NCBI GenBank assembly: GCA_024696945.1
Contig: JAILGF010000196.1
Span: 8,918-72,917 of the forward strand
Reading direction: 5' to 3'
DNA: 64,000 nucleotides
From: Lachnospiraceae bacterium
GTDB lineage: Bacteria; Bacillota; Clostridia; Lachnospirales; Lachnospiraceae
Made by a program: the position numbers and the translations under genes. Positions 44,213 to 53,789 of this stretch are shown here, piece by piece; position 1 is the first letter of the stretch, and every line of letters begins with the position of its first letter. The notes beneath the pieces were generated by a model that made no database searches, was not told the origin of the DNA, and saw nothing but the letters and a program-made list of their open reading frames with translations.

Positions 44213-44237
44213 TTTATTGATAGATGGGAGAAGGAAA

Positions 44238-46460
44238 ATGGCAGATAAAGAAATATATTCTAAATTTGAATTAGGCGATATGCTTGCGGTTTTTATAAAA
44301 GACAATAGAAGCGGTAATATCGGATATACGCTTCTTCCGGCAGGATTCGATGAGAAGATCGAGCTTGACGGCTGGTGGAGTGTGGAACCCGCCGTTCAGT
44401 GTAAGCTTGTTGGGGATAATTATCCGGATGGCTTCATACATGGGCATTCTATGAAGAACAGCCAGTCATCTAATGATATGAAATTTATAAATCAAAGGGT
44501 TGAGATTATAGAGCCTTCCAGCGGGATAACTAAAAATGCAGTGACCAGGATTACAACAGAGTATGAAAGGTCAGGAGTTTCGATCAATTCAGTATTGGAA
44601 TATGAAAACGGAACAGATTATATAAAGGCTTATTCTGTCGTTGTATCATGCTCAACGGAAAGTCGGACTTTGGAGATGCTTTCTTCATTTAATGTGTGTG
44701 CTTTCCCTGCCGTTGGCAAGGGACTTAGACAAAAGGACCTTGTGCTGCATCGTATGAAGAGTAAATGGAGCATGGAAGGAAAGCTTGAAAGCAGGGATTT
44801 TCTTGATATGGAATTGGAACCTGCATGGCTGCGTATAGGTGCTGCCAGTGAGAGATTCGGAGAAGTCGGCTCCATGCCGGTAAGACGTTATTTCCCTTGG
44901 ATGATAGCGGATGACAGGGAGTACGGATATTCGATCGGTGCCCAGCTTTGCATCAATTCCTCCTGGCAGATGGAGGTTTATAACAGGGATGAGAAGAATT
45001 CCTTATCAGGCGGGATAGCAGACAGGGAATTTGGACACTGGACTAAGGATCTGAAGCTCGGTGAGACATTTGTCACTCCCGTGGCAGTACTTACTGTAGG
45101 AACGGGAGATATAGATGAAATATCGTTCAGGCTTACATCGGCACAGAACATCAATCTGATCAACGCGCCTGAGTCGGAGAAGGAGCTTCCCATAATATTC
45201 AACGAATACTGCACCAGCTGGGGCAATCCTGACGAGAAAGAGATGGAGGCTATAGCCGAACGCCTGAAGGGCCACGGTATCGCATACTGCGTAATAGATG
45301 CGGGCTGGCATGTTAAGGACGGAAATGACTGGTCGGATATAGGTGACTGGATAACCAATAAGAACAAATTCCCCGGAGGTTTAAAGAAAACAGCTGATAA
45401 GATAAGAGAATGCGGTATGATCCCCGGCCTCTGGTATGAGATGGAGGTAGTCGGTAAGGACTCGGAAATGTTCAAAAACAGTGACATGCTGTTGAAACGC
45501 GACGGAATCCCGATACAGACAATGTTCCGCCGTTTCCTTGATATGAGAAAGCCTGAGGTTATCGCCTACCTTACTGAACGTGTGATAAACAACCTTAAAG
45601 AAAACGGTTTCGGATATCTAAAGGTTGACTACAATGACAACCTGGGAATAGGCTGTGACGGAGCGGAATCCCTGGGCGAGGGAATGCGTCAGAGCCTGGA
45701 GGCTTCCAGGAATTTCTTTAAGAAGATAAGGGAAGAAATACCGGAAATTGTTATAGAAAACTGTTCTTCAGGGGGACACAGGCTGGAACCATCAATGCAG
45801 GCAGTGACATCAATGGCTTCCTTCTCGGATGCGCATGAATGGAAGGCTATCCCTGTAATAGCCGCGAATGTCACGAGAGCAATACTTCCGGCTCAGAGCC
45901 AGATATGGGCGGTGCTGCGTTCAAAGGATGACGAGAAACGTCTGTACTACTCGCTTTCAAACACATTCCTTGGCAGAATGTGCCTTTCCGGAGATATGAG
46001 TACCATTTCGGAGGAACAGTGGAGGATAACCGATGAAGCAATAGCCTTCTATAAGAAGTGTGCTCCGATTATCAAGTCCGGACGGAATTTCAGATACGGT
46101 CCTTATCAGAACAGTTATAACGATCTAAAGGGCTGGCAGGCCGTTGTGAGAGCCGCGGAGGACGGCAAGAGCCTCATGGCTGTGGTAAATACCTTTGAAT
46201 TTGAAAAAGGAAACGATATCAGCTTTGAACTTCCTTTGACCGTAGTCACAAAAGAGCTGAAAAAGATAAAGATCAGTGAAGCCATGTGCTGGGGCCGCAG
46301 CTCCGAAGAAAGCGACATTGATACTATAGATTATTATATGGAATGCTTCGCACGTCGCGGTATAACCATAGAAATAGAAAACCGTACCGTTACAATAAGT
46401 AACCTTTCAGAATATGACGGATTGGTGTTCAAACTGGAGATTGCGGAAAAAACCTTGTGA
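44238..46460 (+). CDS. Alpha-galactosidase-like glycoside hydrolase (clan GH-D, GH36-like)
   Basis: I place the start at the ATG at 44238 (MADKEIY) after a GGAGAAGGA SD. VIDAGWH, YLKVDYND and ENCSSGGHRLEP correspond to the DDGW, KxD (nucleophile) and CxxGGxR motifs of GH36 alpha-galactosidases. Confidence 0.65.
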   Translation: MADKEIYSKFELGDMLAVFIKDNRSGNIGYTLLPAGFDEKIELDGWWSVEPAVQCKLVGDNYPDGFIHGHSMKNSQSSNDMKFINQRVEIIEPSSGITKNAVTRITTEYERSGVSINSVLEYENGTDYIKAYSVVVSCSTESRTLEMLSSFNVCAFPAVGKGLRQKDLVLHRMKSKWSMEGKLESRDFLDMELEPAWLRIGAASERFGEVGSMPVRRYFPWMIADDREYGYSIGAQLCINSSWQMEVYNRDEKNSLSGGIADREFGHWTKDLKLGETFVTPVAVLTVGTGDIDEISFRLTSAQNINLINAPESEKELPIIFNEYCTSWGNPDEKEMEAIAERLKGHGIAYCVIDAGWHVKDGNDWSDIGDWITNKNKFPGGLKKTADKIRECGMIPGLWYEMEVVGKDSEMFKNSDMLLKRDGIPIQTMFRRFLDMRKPEVIAYLTERVINNLKENGFGYLKVDYNDNLGIGCDGAESLGEGMRQSLEASRNFFKKIREEIPEIVIENCSSGGHRLEPSMQAVTSMASFSDAHEWKAIPVIAANVTRAILPAQSQIWAVLRSKDDEKRLYYSLSNTFLGRMCLSGDMSTISEEQWRITDEAIAFYKKCAPIIKSGRNFRYGPYQNSYNDLKGWQAVVRAAEDGKSLMAVVNTFEFEKGNDISFELPLTVVTKELKKIKISEAMCWGRSSEESDIDTIDYYMECFARRGITIEIENRTVTISNLSEYDGLVFKLEIAEKTL

Positions 46461-46544
46461 TCCGAATCGGTTTCGGAACCGGGCAATTGTTAAATAAGCA
46501 CAAAAAAGCAGGCGGATTTTTCTTAAAAATCGGAAAAAAGATGC

Positions 46545-46573
46545 TTGCTTTTTTTATTGGTCTGTGGTATAGT
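46545..46573 (+). promoter_or_regulatory. Putative extended -10 promoter of the ACT-hom operon
   Basis: -35 TTGCTT (46545-46550), 17-nt spacer ending in TGG, -10 TATAGT (46568-46573). Confidence 0.5.
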
Positions 46574-46626
46574 ATCCACGTTAAACGGACAAATGTATTT
46601 GATACACACACAAAAAGGTATTGGGT

Positions 46627-47070
46627 ATGAATGAGAAGGACAAGTATTATCTGGTTAAGGAAAAAGCCGTACCGGATGTGCTTTTAAAGGTTATAGAGGC
46701 AAAAAGACTGCTGGATTCGGGAAAAGCCATAACGGTTCAGGAGGCTACCGAACAGCTTGGGATAAGCAGAAGCTCGTTTTATAAATACAAGGACGACATT
46801 TTCCCGTTCCATGAGAACAGTCGCGGAAAGACAATAAACATTATGCTTTTGCTGGATGATGAGCCCGGCCTTCTTTCAAACGTGCTTAACGAGATTGCTA
46901 AGTGCAGGGCTAATATCCTTACAATCCATCAGAGCATCCCTATCGGGGGAATAGCTTCGGTCACACTGGGTATGGAAATGAGGCCTGAGACCAAAGAGGT
47001 TAACGAGATCATCACTGCGATCGAGGGGATACATGGTATAAATTCCTTAAAGATACTCGGCAGAGAATAA
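46627..47070 (+). CDS. ACT-domain protein (UPF0735/PheB-like) with N-terminal HTH-like segment
   Basis: The ITVQEATEQLGISRSSFYKYKD HTH-like segment is followed by an ACT fold (INIMLLLDDEPGLLSNVLNEIAKCRANILTIHQS). A position upstream of hom is common in Clostridia. The start could be ATG 46627 or TTG 46621. Confidence 0.7.
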   Translation: MNEKDKYYLVKEKAVPDVLLKVIEAKRLLDSGKAITVQEATEQLGISRSSFYKYKDDIFPFHENSRGKTINIMLLLDDEPGLLSNVLNEIAKCRANILTIHQSIPIGGIASVTLGMEMRPETKEVNEIITAIEGIHGINSLKILGRE

Positions 47071-47089
47071 ATTGTTGAGAAACAAATTT

Positions 47090-47115
47090 GTCATTCTGAG
47101 CGAAACGAAGAATCT
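47090..47115 (+). repeat. Dispersed intergenic repeat, copy D (left arm of a 54-nt palindrome)
   Basis: GTCATTCTGAGCGAAACGAAGAATCT, directly followed by the inverted copy E. Confidence 0.85.
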
Positions 47116-47117
47116 TA

Positions 47118-47143
47118 AGATCCTTCACTTCGTTCAGGATGAC
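47118..47143 (-). repeat. Dispersed intergenic repeat, copy E (right arm of the palindrome)
   Basis: AGATCCTTCACTTCGTTCAGGATGAC is the reverse complement of GTCATCCTGAACGAAGTGAAGGATCT. The 47139 start in the ORF track lies inside it. Confidence 0.85.
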
Positions 47144-47216
47144 AGATAGAACGAAGGATAATAGAAATTTTAAAGATGATAAATTAATACAGAGGAATGA
47201 TGACAGGAGTAAATGT

Positions 47217-48416
47217 ATGAAGATAGCGATATTCGGTTTTGGAACGGTCGGTTCCGGAGTATATGATGTTATAAACATGAACAGCGAGATCATCGCAAAG
47301 CGTGCAGGAAAGCCCATAGAGATAAAATATGTTCTGGACTTAAGGGATTTTCCCGGAAATCCTGTTGAAAAGGTGCTTGTGCATGATGTAGATATCATTC
47401 TGAATGACCCTGAGGTAAAGATAATCGCTGAGGTTATGGGCGGAATGGAGCCTGCGTTTACATTTACAAAAAGAGCACTTTCATCAGGTAAGTCCGTATG
47501 TACATCAAATAAAGAGCTGGTTGCGGCTCACGGTGCAGAGCTTATAGAGCTTGCCGCAAAGAACAACTGTGATTATTATTTTGAAGCCAGCGTGGGCGGA
47601 GGAATCCCCATTATCAGGTCACTGTGCGATTCACTCGTTGGAGATGACATTATCGAGATAAAGGGTATCGTGAACGGTACCACGAATTATATCCTGACAA
47701 GAATGGGCGAGGATGGTCTTGATTTTGACGTGGCATTGAAGGAAGCACAGGATAACGGATATGCTGAGAGAAATCCTGCTGCAGATATTGAAGGAACCGA
47801 TGCACAGAGAAAGGCTGCAATACTTGCTTCGCTCGCAGCCGGTGCACAGGTTGACTGTGATGATATTCCTACCGAGGGTATTACCAAGGTTACAGCCGAG
47901 GATATTGCGGCAGTCAAGGGTTTTGGAGCAAAGATCAAGCTCTTGGCAAGCATAAGACGTGACGATGAGAAGGTTTCGGCCATGGTTGCTCCCTTCCTTG
48001 TATTCGAGGACTGCCAGCTGTACCATGTAAACAACGTATTTAACGGAATCCTTGTTACGGGAAATGCTACCGGTGAGGTTATGTTCTACGGAAAGGGAGC
48101 AGGCAAGCTTCCGACCGCGGGTGCAGTAGCAGGCGATATTATTGAAGCTGCCAAATACTACGGTCTTCCTTCCGATACCATCTGGTCGAGGGAAAAGGCT
48201 AATATGGCAGAACAGGGCAGCAGCATCGGAAGATTCTATGTCCGCATAAGCGACAAGGATGCTATGGAAGCAAGGAAGCTTCTTGGAGTTACCGCTGAAA
48301 GTGCCATCCCGAAGTCAGGCGAGATCGCGTTCCTTACCGAATCAATGAGTGAGGCTGAATTTAACAGAAAGATCGAAGGGCTTAGCGTATTAAGCAAGAT
48401 CAGGGTTTATGATTAA
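47217..48416 (+). CDS. hom: Homoserine dehydrogenase
   Basis: I place the start at the ATG at 47217 (MKIAIFGFGTVGSGV Rossmann motif) after an AGGAG SD. The conserved FEASVGGGIPII, GIVNGTTNYILT and C-terminal ACT-like region are present. Confidence 0.92.
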   Translation: MKIAIFGFGTVGSGVYDVINMNSEIIAKRAGKPIEIKYVLDLRDFPGNPVEKVLVHDVDIILNDPEVKIIAEVMGGMEPAFTFTKRALSSGKSVCTSNKELVAAHGAELIELAAKNNCDYYFEASVGGGIPIIRSLCDSLVGDDIIEIKGIVNGTTNYILTRMGEDGLDFDVALKEAQDNGYAERNPAADIEGTDAQRKAAILASLAAGAQVDCDDIPTEGITKVTAEDIAAVKGFGAKIKLLASIRRDDEKVSAMVAPFLVFEDCQLYHVNNVFNGILVTGNATGEVMFYGKGAGKLPTAGAVAGDIIEAAKYYGLPSDTIWSREKANMAEQGSSIGRFYVRISDKDAMEARKLLGVTAESAIPKSGEIAFLTESMSEAEFNRKIEGLSVLSKIRVYD

Positions 48417-48437
48417 AAAATGTATCTTATAGGACAA

Positions 48438-48463
48438 AGATCCTTCACTTCGTTCAGGATGAC
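48438..48463 (-). repeat. Dispersed intergenic repeat, copy F
   Basis: AGATCCTTCACTTCGTTCAGGATGAC is identical to copy E. The identity extends to 29 nt (48437-48465 versus 47117-47145). Confidence 0.85.
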
Positions 48464-48518
48464 AGCGAAAGAGAAATAAAAAGAGAAAGAAAAAGATAAA
48501 AATAAAGAGGAAAAAAAC

Positions 48519-49727
48519 ATGTTAGTAGTAAAGAAATTCGGCGGAACATCCGTCGCAAACAAGGAAAGGATCTACAATGTGGCTAACCGCTGTATCGAGG
48601 ATTACAAGGCGGGCAATGATGTTGTAGTTGTCCTTTCGGCAATGGGCAAAACCACAAACGAGCTGATCGCAAAGGCAAAGGATATCAGCGCAAAGCCTCC
48701 GAAGAGAGAGCTTGACATGCTGGTATCTGTAGGAGAGCAGATTTCGGTATCTCTTATGTGTATGGCTATGGCAGAGCTTGGAGTTCCCGCAGTATCACTT
48801 AATGCTTTCCAGGTAGCAATGCATACAACAAGGGATTACACAAATGCAAGACTTACCTCAATAGATTCCGAGAGGATCAAGGCAGAGCTCGACCAGAGAA
48901 AGATCGTGGTTATTACAGGCTTCCAGGGTGTTGATAAGTATAACAACGTTACAACGCTCGGACGTGGCGGTTCTGATACCACCGCAGTTGCTTTAGCAGC
49001 AGCATTAAGAGCAGACAAATGTGAAATATACACTGACGTTGACGGTGTGTTTACGGCAGATCCCCGTATCGTTCCCGATGCAAAGAAGCTCGAAGAGATA
49101 ACATATGATGAGATGCTGGAGCTTGCAACACTCGGCGCAGGCGTGCTTCATAACAGATCGGTAGAACTCGGAAAGAAATACGGCGTACAGATAGTTGTAC
49201 GTTCAAGCTTAAATACAAACGAAGGTACAGTAGTAAAGGAGAATGCTAAAATGGAAAAAATGCTTATCAGCGGCGTTGCATGCGACAAGAAACCGGCCAG
49301 AATAGCCGTTATCGGATTACAGGATCAGCCCGGAGTGGCTTTCAAGCTTTTCAATCATCTTGCAAATCACGGGATCAATGTAGATATCATCCTTCAGTCA
49401 ATAGGGAGGGACGGTACAAAGGATATCAGCTTTACTGTTGATGAGGACAAGGTTGATGATGCAATCGAGGTAATGGAGAACCACAGAAAGACAAGCCTTA
49501 TCTGCGATAAGATCGACGTTGACAGAAATGTTGCAAAGGTCAGCGTAGTAGGTGCGGGCATGGTTACCAATGCCGGTGTTGCAGCTAAGATGTTTGAGGC
49601 TCTTTACGATGCAGGCATCAACATCAAGATGATCTCAACATCGGAGATCAAGATCAGCGTTCTTATCGATCAGGAGTATGCAGATCAGGCTACAAAGGCT
49701 ATACATGATAAGTTTATCAAGGGTTGA
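48519..49727 (+). CDS. lysC: Aspartate kinase (monofunctional, two C-terminal ACT domains)
   Basis: MLVVKKFGGTSVAN, LGRGGSDTTAVALAAAL and TDVDGVFTADPR motifs, followed by tandem ACT domains. Confidence 0.93.
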   Translation: MLVVKKFGGTSVANKERIYNVANRCIEDYKAGNDVVVVLSAMGKTTNELIAKAKDISAKPPKRELDMLVSVGEQISVSLMCMAMAELGVPAVSLNAFQVAMHTTRDYTNARLTSIDSERIKAELDQRKIVVITGFQGVDKYNNVTTLGRGGSDTTAVALAAALRADKCEIYTDVDGVFTADPRIVPDAKKLEEITYDEMLELATLGAGVLHNRSVELGKKYGVQIVVRSSLNTNEGTVVKENAKMEKMLISGVACDKKPARIAVIGLQDQPGVAFKLFNHLANHGINVDIILQSIGRDGTKDISFTVDEDKVDDAIEVMENHRKTSLICDKIDVDRNVAKVSVVGAGMVTNAGVAAKMFEALYDAGINIKMISTSEIKISVLIDQEYADQATKAIHDKFIKG

Positions 49728-50019
49728 TAAAAGAGAATAAGAAAACAGTGAGACTCGCAGCCAATGCAACGGTTACGAGTCCTTTTTCTTTTAATGCCAA
49801 AATAATCGCAACCAGGACACCTGCTATTAAGCCGATGGTGTTTCCGGCACTGTAAAACACTGCCGGAAAGGTCATTGCTATAAGGCAGGCATATGGTACA
49901 TATGAGAGAAATGATCTTATAAAACGGCTCTTTATCTTACCCTTGATGAGAGTAAGCGGCAGCATCCTGATAAGATACGTTACAAGAGCCATTACGAGTA
50001 TATAGATATAAACGTTCAT
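49717..50019 (-). CDS. azlD: Branched-chain amino acid transport protein AzlD
   Basis: A 100-aa, very hydrophobic protein (MNVYIYILVMALVTYLIRMLPL...) immediately downstream of azlC. This is the typical AzlD size and pattern. Confidence 0.8.
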   Translation of the reverse strand: MNVYIYILVMALVTYLIRMLPLTLIKGKIKSRFIRSFLSYVPYACLIAMTFPAVFYSAGNTIGLIAGVLVAIILALKEKGLVTVALAASLTVFLFSFINP

Positions 50020-50040
50020 TTTATTTATTCCTGAGTACTT

Positions 50041-50778
50041 TTATTTTTTTGATGTATCATTTTTTGAACTGTCAGCGGAAGCACCATGTTCTTTTACGGG
50101 AAAGAATATTGCACCGAGAGCTGCTGCGGCCACGGTACAGATACTGATAGCCAAACCCTCTGAAATCTCATTCAGAACAGGCACGTAACGGAACAGACAG
50201 CTGAAAACCACGGACATACAGGCTACGATGAGGACCGGCTTTGATTTTTTTGCTGCCGGTACCACTATGGCTATGAACATGCCGTAGAGCATGACATTCA
50301 TTGCAATGCTGACCCTTTCGGGCATAAGGTTTCCGGCTATGGCGCCGAGCAGGGTTCCCGATGTCCACCCTATGATAGGCAAAAGCTGAAGGCCGACCAT
50401 AAAACGGAAGGTGAGGCTTTTCTGATGGCTCATGGCCACGGCAAATATTTCATCCGTATTTCCAAAGGCAATAATAAGCTTTTTCCATAAACTCATACCC
50501 GGATCGAGCTTCTGGGTAAGACTTAGACTCATAAGTGAGTACCTTAGATTTATAATAACCTGGGTAAGTACCATCTCTGCAAGAGTACCTCCGACGGCGA
50601 TGACTCTTATTCCTGCAAATTCTCCAGCACTTGTAAGATTTGTCAGGCTCATGACGGTTCCCTGAGCTGCGCTTATGCCGGCAGCCACCATGGTTATCCC
50701 CAGGCTGAAGCTGACAGCAAAATAACCAAGGGCAATGGGAATACCGCACTTTAATCCGTGTGTAAATTCTTTTTTCAA
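50041..50778 (-). CDS. azlC: AzlC-family branched-chain amino acid permease
   Basis: TTG start. The G.K.GIPIALGY..VSF.LG N-terminus and multi-TM topology are typical of AzlC, and it is paired with azlD. Confidence 0.8.
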   Translation of the reverse strand: MKKEFTHGLKCGIPIALGYFAVSFSLGITMVAAGISAAQGTVMSLTNLTSAGEFAGIRVIAVGGTLAEMVLTQVIINLRYSLMSLSLTQKLDPGMSLWKKLIIAFGNTDEIFAVAMSHQKSLTFRFMVGLQLLPIIGWTSGTLLGAIAGNLMPERVSIAMNVMLYGMFIAIVVPAAKKSKPVLIVACMSVVFSCLFRYVPVLNEISEGLAISICTVAAAALGAIFFPVKEHGASADSSKNDTSKK

Positions 50779-50847
50779 AATATTCGGGCCTTTCTGTAAA
50801 AATACTCCCTCGTGTAAGACGGAGCCGTGTCGCGGGCGACCTCAGAT

Positions 50848-50876
50848 AGTATAGCATGAGTTTGCCGATTTGTCAC
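50848..50876 (-). promoter_or_regulatory. Putative extended -10 promoter for azlCD
   Basis: On the minus strand: -35 GTGACA, 17-nt spacer ending in TGC, -10 TATACT. It lies about 70 nt upstream of the azlC start. Confidence 0.45.
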
Positions 50877-50987
50877 TTCGATTTCTCAAAAAATCTTGCA
50901 TTATTCCGTGTTTTATGGTACATTATAAGTTGGTGTTTTAGTGACAACCATTAGGAAGAAAGGAACTTTTCGGGCGGTATCGAAGGA

Positions 50988-53120
50988 ATGGAATTTGGCC
51001 ATAGCATACAAACTGAAGAGGTATATGCACCGGTAGAAAACATGACTGGTTCCGGCACAGGATATATGATGCGGGAATTTATCAGGCGTGCCGTTTTTTC
51101 TGACGGAACCGGTGAATATAGGATCCCTCCGGAGCCGGAGGCAGGGGATGATGTGCGTATAAGGCTCAGAACAGCCAGGGGCAATGTATTTGCCGCGGTT
51201 CTTGTCATAGGAACTCAGCGTATCCAGATGACACTGAAGGAGTCCGATAACCTTTTTGACTATTATGAGACCACTGTAAAGATCGGGGAGGAAAATATTG
51301 AATATTACTTCCTGATATGGAGCGGGGAGAAGCATTACTACTACAATCAGATAGGCGTGGCCGACGAGCTTGATCAGACCTATAACTTTAAGATCATGCC
51401 CGGCTTTAAAACACCCGATTGGGCGAAGGGCGCCGTTATCTACCAGATATTCGTCGACCGATTCAACAACGGAAACGGCAGGAATGAGGTTCAGAACCAC
51501 GAATATGCATATCTGGGAAAGCCTATCGAAAAGGTTTACAATTGGTTTTCACTTCCAGAGTGTGACGACATAAGAAGGTTTTACGGAGGAGACCTGACGG
51601 GTGTGCTGAATAAGCTGGATTACCTGCAGGATCTTGGAGTTGAGGTTATTTATTTCAACCCGCTGTTTGTTTCTCCGTCAAATCACAAATACGACATACA
51701 GGATTATGACTATATAGATCCGCATGTTACCGTTATTCCCTTCGATGAGGGAGAATTGCTTGCAGACGGTGACAATGACAACAGGCATGCTTCGAAATAC
51801 AGGAACAGGGTGACCGATAAACGCAATCTGGAAGCCAGCAACAGCTTTTTTGCCACCTTTGTTTCGGAGATACACCGAAGGGGCATGAAGGTTATCTTGG
51901 ACGGTGTATTTAACCATTGCGGTTCGTTCAATAAATGGATGGACAAGCAGAAGATCTACGGACCCGACAGGGGATATGAGCCGGGAGCTTATATCACACC
52001 GGAGAGTCCATACAGGAATTTCTTTAGGTTTTATTCGGAAAATTGGCCCGACAATGACGATTATGACGGCTGGTGGGGCCACAAGACCTTGCCGAAGCTG
52101 AATTACGAAGGCTCTAAGGAGCTTGAGGACTATATAATCGGAATAGGTAAAAAATGGGTTTCGCCCCCGTATAATGTTGACGGCTGGAGACTTGACGTTG
52201 CCGCCGATCTCGGTTTTTCGGAGGAGTATAACCACAGATTCTGGAAGCGTTTCAGAAAAGAGGTAAAGGAAGCAAATCCCGAAGCAATTATCTTGGCAGA
52301 GAATTACGAATCCTCATGGAAATGGCTTCAGGGCGGAGAATGGGATACCATAATGAATTACGAGGCCTTCATGGAGCCTGTAACGTGGTTCCTTACCGGT
52401 CTTGAAAAGCACAGCGACCATTACCGTCTGGACCTTTTGAATAATCAAGAGGCTTTCTTCGGAGCAATGCTCTACCATATGTCGAGAATGAACTGCCAAT
52501 CCCTGCAGACCGCCATGAACGAGCTTTCAAATCACGATCATTCACGCTTCATGACAAGAACGAACGGGAGATGCGGCCGACTTAATACTGCAGGCTCGGA
52601 TGCCGCATCGGAAGGAATAAAACCGCAGATAATGAGGGAAGCGGTTATGATACAGATGACCTGGCCCGGCGCACCGACACTGTATTACGGAGATGAAGCG
52701 GGACTTTGCGGCTGGACCGATCCGGACGACCGAAGGACATATCCTTGGGGACGAGAGGACAAGGAGCTTATCCGCTATCACAAAGAAATGATAAGCTTCC
52801 ACAGAAACTACAATGCCCTGAAAAAAGGCTCCTTAAAGCTTCTTGCCGGCAGGCCCGGAGTTATAGGATACGGGCGTTTTGATAAGGAAGACAGCTTTGT
52901 TGTTGCTATAAATAATAACGATCATCAGGAAATAGTTGATATTCCGGTATGGGAGCTCGGAGCGGTAGATTCCGATGCATTCGTACGTCTGATGGAAACC
53001 TCCGATGAAGGCTTTACGCTCAGTGCCGCGATATACCGTCCCGAGCAGGGAGTTATCATATTGAGGATGAAGCCGCATTCAGGAATCCTGATGAAGAATT
53101 TACCTAAGTATCTTATATAA
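50988..53120 (+). CDS. GH13 alpha-glycosidase (neopullulanase/cyclomaltodextrinase-like)
   Basis: GH13 conserved regions are present: VIYQIFVDRFNNGN, GGDLTGVLNKLDYLQDLGVEVIYFNPLF, VILDGVFNHCG, GWRLDVAADL, ILAENY and LSNHDHSR. An N-terminal domain precedes the barrel. Confidence 0.85.
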   Translation: MEFGHSIQTEEVYAPVENMTGSGTGYMMREFIRRAVFSDGTGEYRIPPEPEAGDDVRIRLRTARGNVFAAVLVIGTQRIQMTLKESDNLFDYYETTVKIGEENIEYYFLIWSGEKHYYYNQIGVADELDQTYNFKIMPGFKTPDWAKGAVIYQIFVDRFNNGNGRNEVQNHEYAYLGKPIEKVYNWFSLPECDDIRRFYGGDLTGVLNKLDYLQDLGVEVIYFNPLFVSPSNHKYDIQDYDYIDPHVTVIPFDEGELLADGDNDNRHASKYRNRVTDKRNLEASNSFFATFVSEIHRRGMKVILDGVFNHCGSFNKWMDKQKIYGPDRGYEPGAYITPESPYRNFFRFYSENWPDNDDYDGWWGHKTLPKLNYEGSKELEDYIIGIGKKWVSPPYNVDGWRLDVAADLGFSEEYNHRFWKRFRKEVKEANPEAIILAENYESSWKWLQGGEWDTIMNYEAFMEPVTWFLTGLEKHSDHYRLDLLNNQEAFFGAMLYHMSRMNCQSLQTAMNELSNHDHSRFMTRTNGRCGRLNTAGSDAASEGIKPQIMREAVMIQMTWPGAPTLYYGDEAGLCGWTDPDDRRTYPWGREDKELIRYHKEMISFHRNYNALKKGSLKLLAGRPGVIGYGRFDKEDSFVVAINNNDHQEIVDIPVWELGAVDSDAFVRLMETSDEGFTLSAAIYRPEQGVIILRMKPHSGILMKNLPKYLI

Positions 53121-53122
53121 TT

Positions 53123-53764
53123 ATGACAAAAAAAGAACGGATCAAAAACATTCTTGCTGCATTGGACAGCCTGTATCCCGATGAGGTGTGTTTCTTAGAA
53201 TACAAGACCGACTGGCAGCTGCTTTTTGCAACTATACTAAGTGCCCAGTGCACGGATGCAAGAGTAAACCTCATAACAAAGGATCTGTATAAGAAATATC
53301 CGGATCTGAAGGCTTTTGCTTCGGCCGATATAGAGGAATTGGAACAGGACGTGCGTCCGGCGGGGTATTTCAGGTCCAAAGCAAAGCACATAAAGGAATG
53401 TGCGGCCGAACTTATTACAAGATTCGGCGGTGCGGTTCCACGCAGCATAGAGGAACTTACAAGCCTTCCGGGAGTCGGCAGAAAGACCGCAAACGTGATA
53501 AGAACGCATATCTATCACGATGCAAGCATAGTGGTGGATACGCATGTTAAGAGAATATCAAGGCTGTTGGGACTTACCGACACGGACGATGCGGTAAAGG
53601 CAGAATTTGAACTGATGAAGATTTTGCCGAAGGATCATTGGTCAAGGATCAACCTTCAGCTTATAGATCACGGTAGAAACATATGTATTTCCGGAAGGCC
53701 GAAATGTGACCTTTGCGGACTGAAAGAATATTGCAAGCATTATAATAAAGGCCCGGTAAAATAA
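53123..53764 (+). CDS. nth: Endonuclease III
   Basis: LLFATILSAQCTDARVN, the HhH-GPD motif LPGVGRKTANV...VDTHV, and the 4Fe-4S cluster CxxxxxxCxxCxxxxxC (CISGRPKCDLCGLKEYC). Confidence 0.92.
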   Translation: MTKKERIKNILAALDSLYPDEVCFLEYKTDWQLLFATILSAQCTDARVNLITKDLYKKYPDLKAFASADIEELEQDVRPAGYFRSKAKHIKECAAELITRFGGAVPRSIEELTSLPGVGRKTANVIRTHIYHDASIVVDTHVKRISRLLGLTDTDDAVKAEFELMKILPKDHWSRINLQLIDHGRNICISGRPKCDLCGLKEYCKHYNKGPVK

Positions 53765-53789
53765 GCAATGCCGCTAGATAGCCCTTGAA

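Noticed and set aside
44202-44237. Longer N-terminus for the alpha-galactosidase gene (ORF-track start 44202)
   Set aside because: That ATG lies inside repeat copy C. The ATG at 44238 has a GGAGAAGGA SD. I adopted 44238.
43775-44305. 176-aa minus-strand ORF overlapping the ispD 3' end and the alpha-galactosidase 5' region
   Set aside because: It is antisense to ispD and runs through repeat copy C, giving the SFRMT peptide. This is a typical repeat-generated spurious ORF.
47139-47216. Longer N-terminus for hom (ORF-track start 47139)
   Set aside because: That ATG lies inside repeat copy E, and the added 26 residues are low-complexity. The ATG at 47217 follows an AGGAG SD and begins the Rossmann motif MKIAIFGFGTVG.
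50779-50850. Possible riboswitch or T-box in the ~70-nt azlC leader (minus strand)
   Set aside because: It contains only short hairpins and is too short for a T-box. I recognised no conserved riboswitch core.
50913-52235. Minus-strand ORFs (195 aa, 185 aa and smaller) inside the GH13 gene
   Set aside because: The plus strand carries all the canonical GH13 conserved regions. The antisense ORFs have no motifs or ribosome-binding sites.
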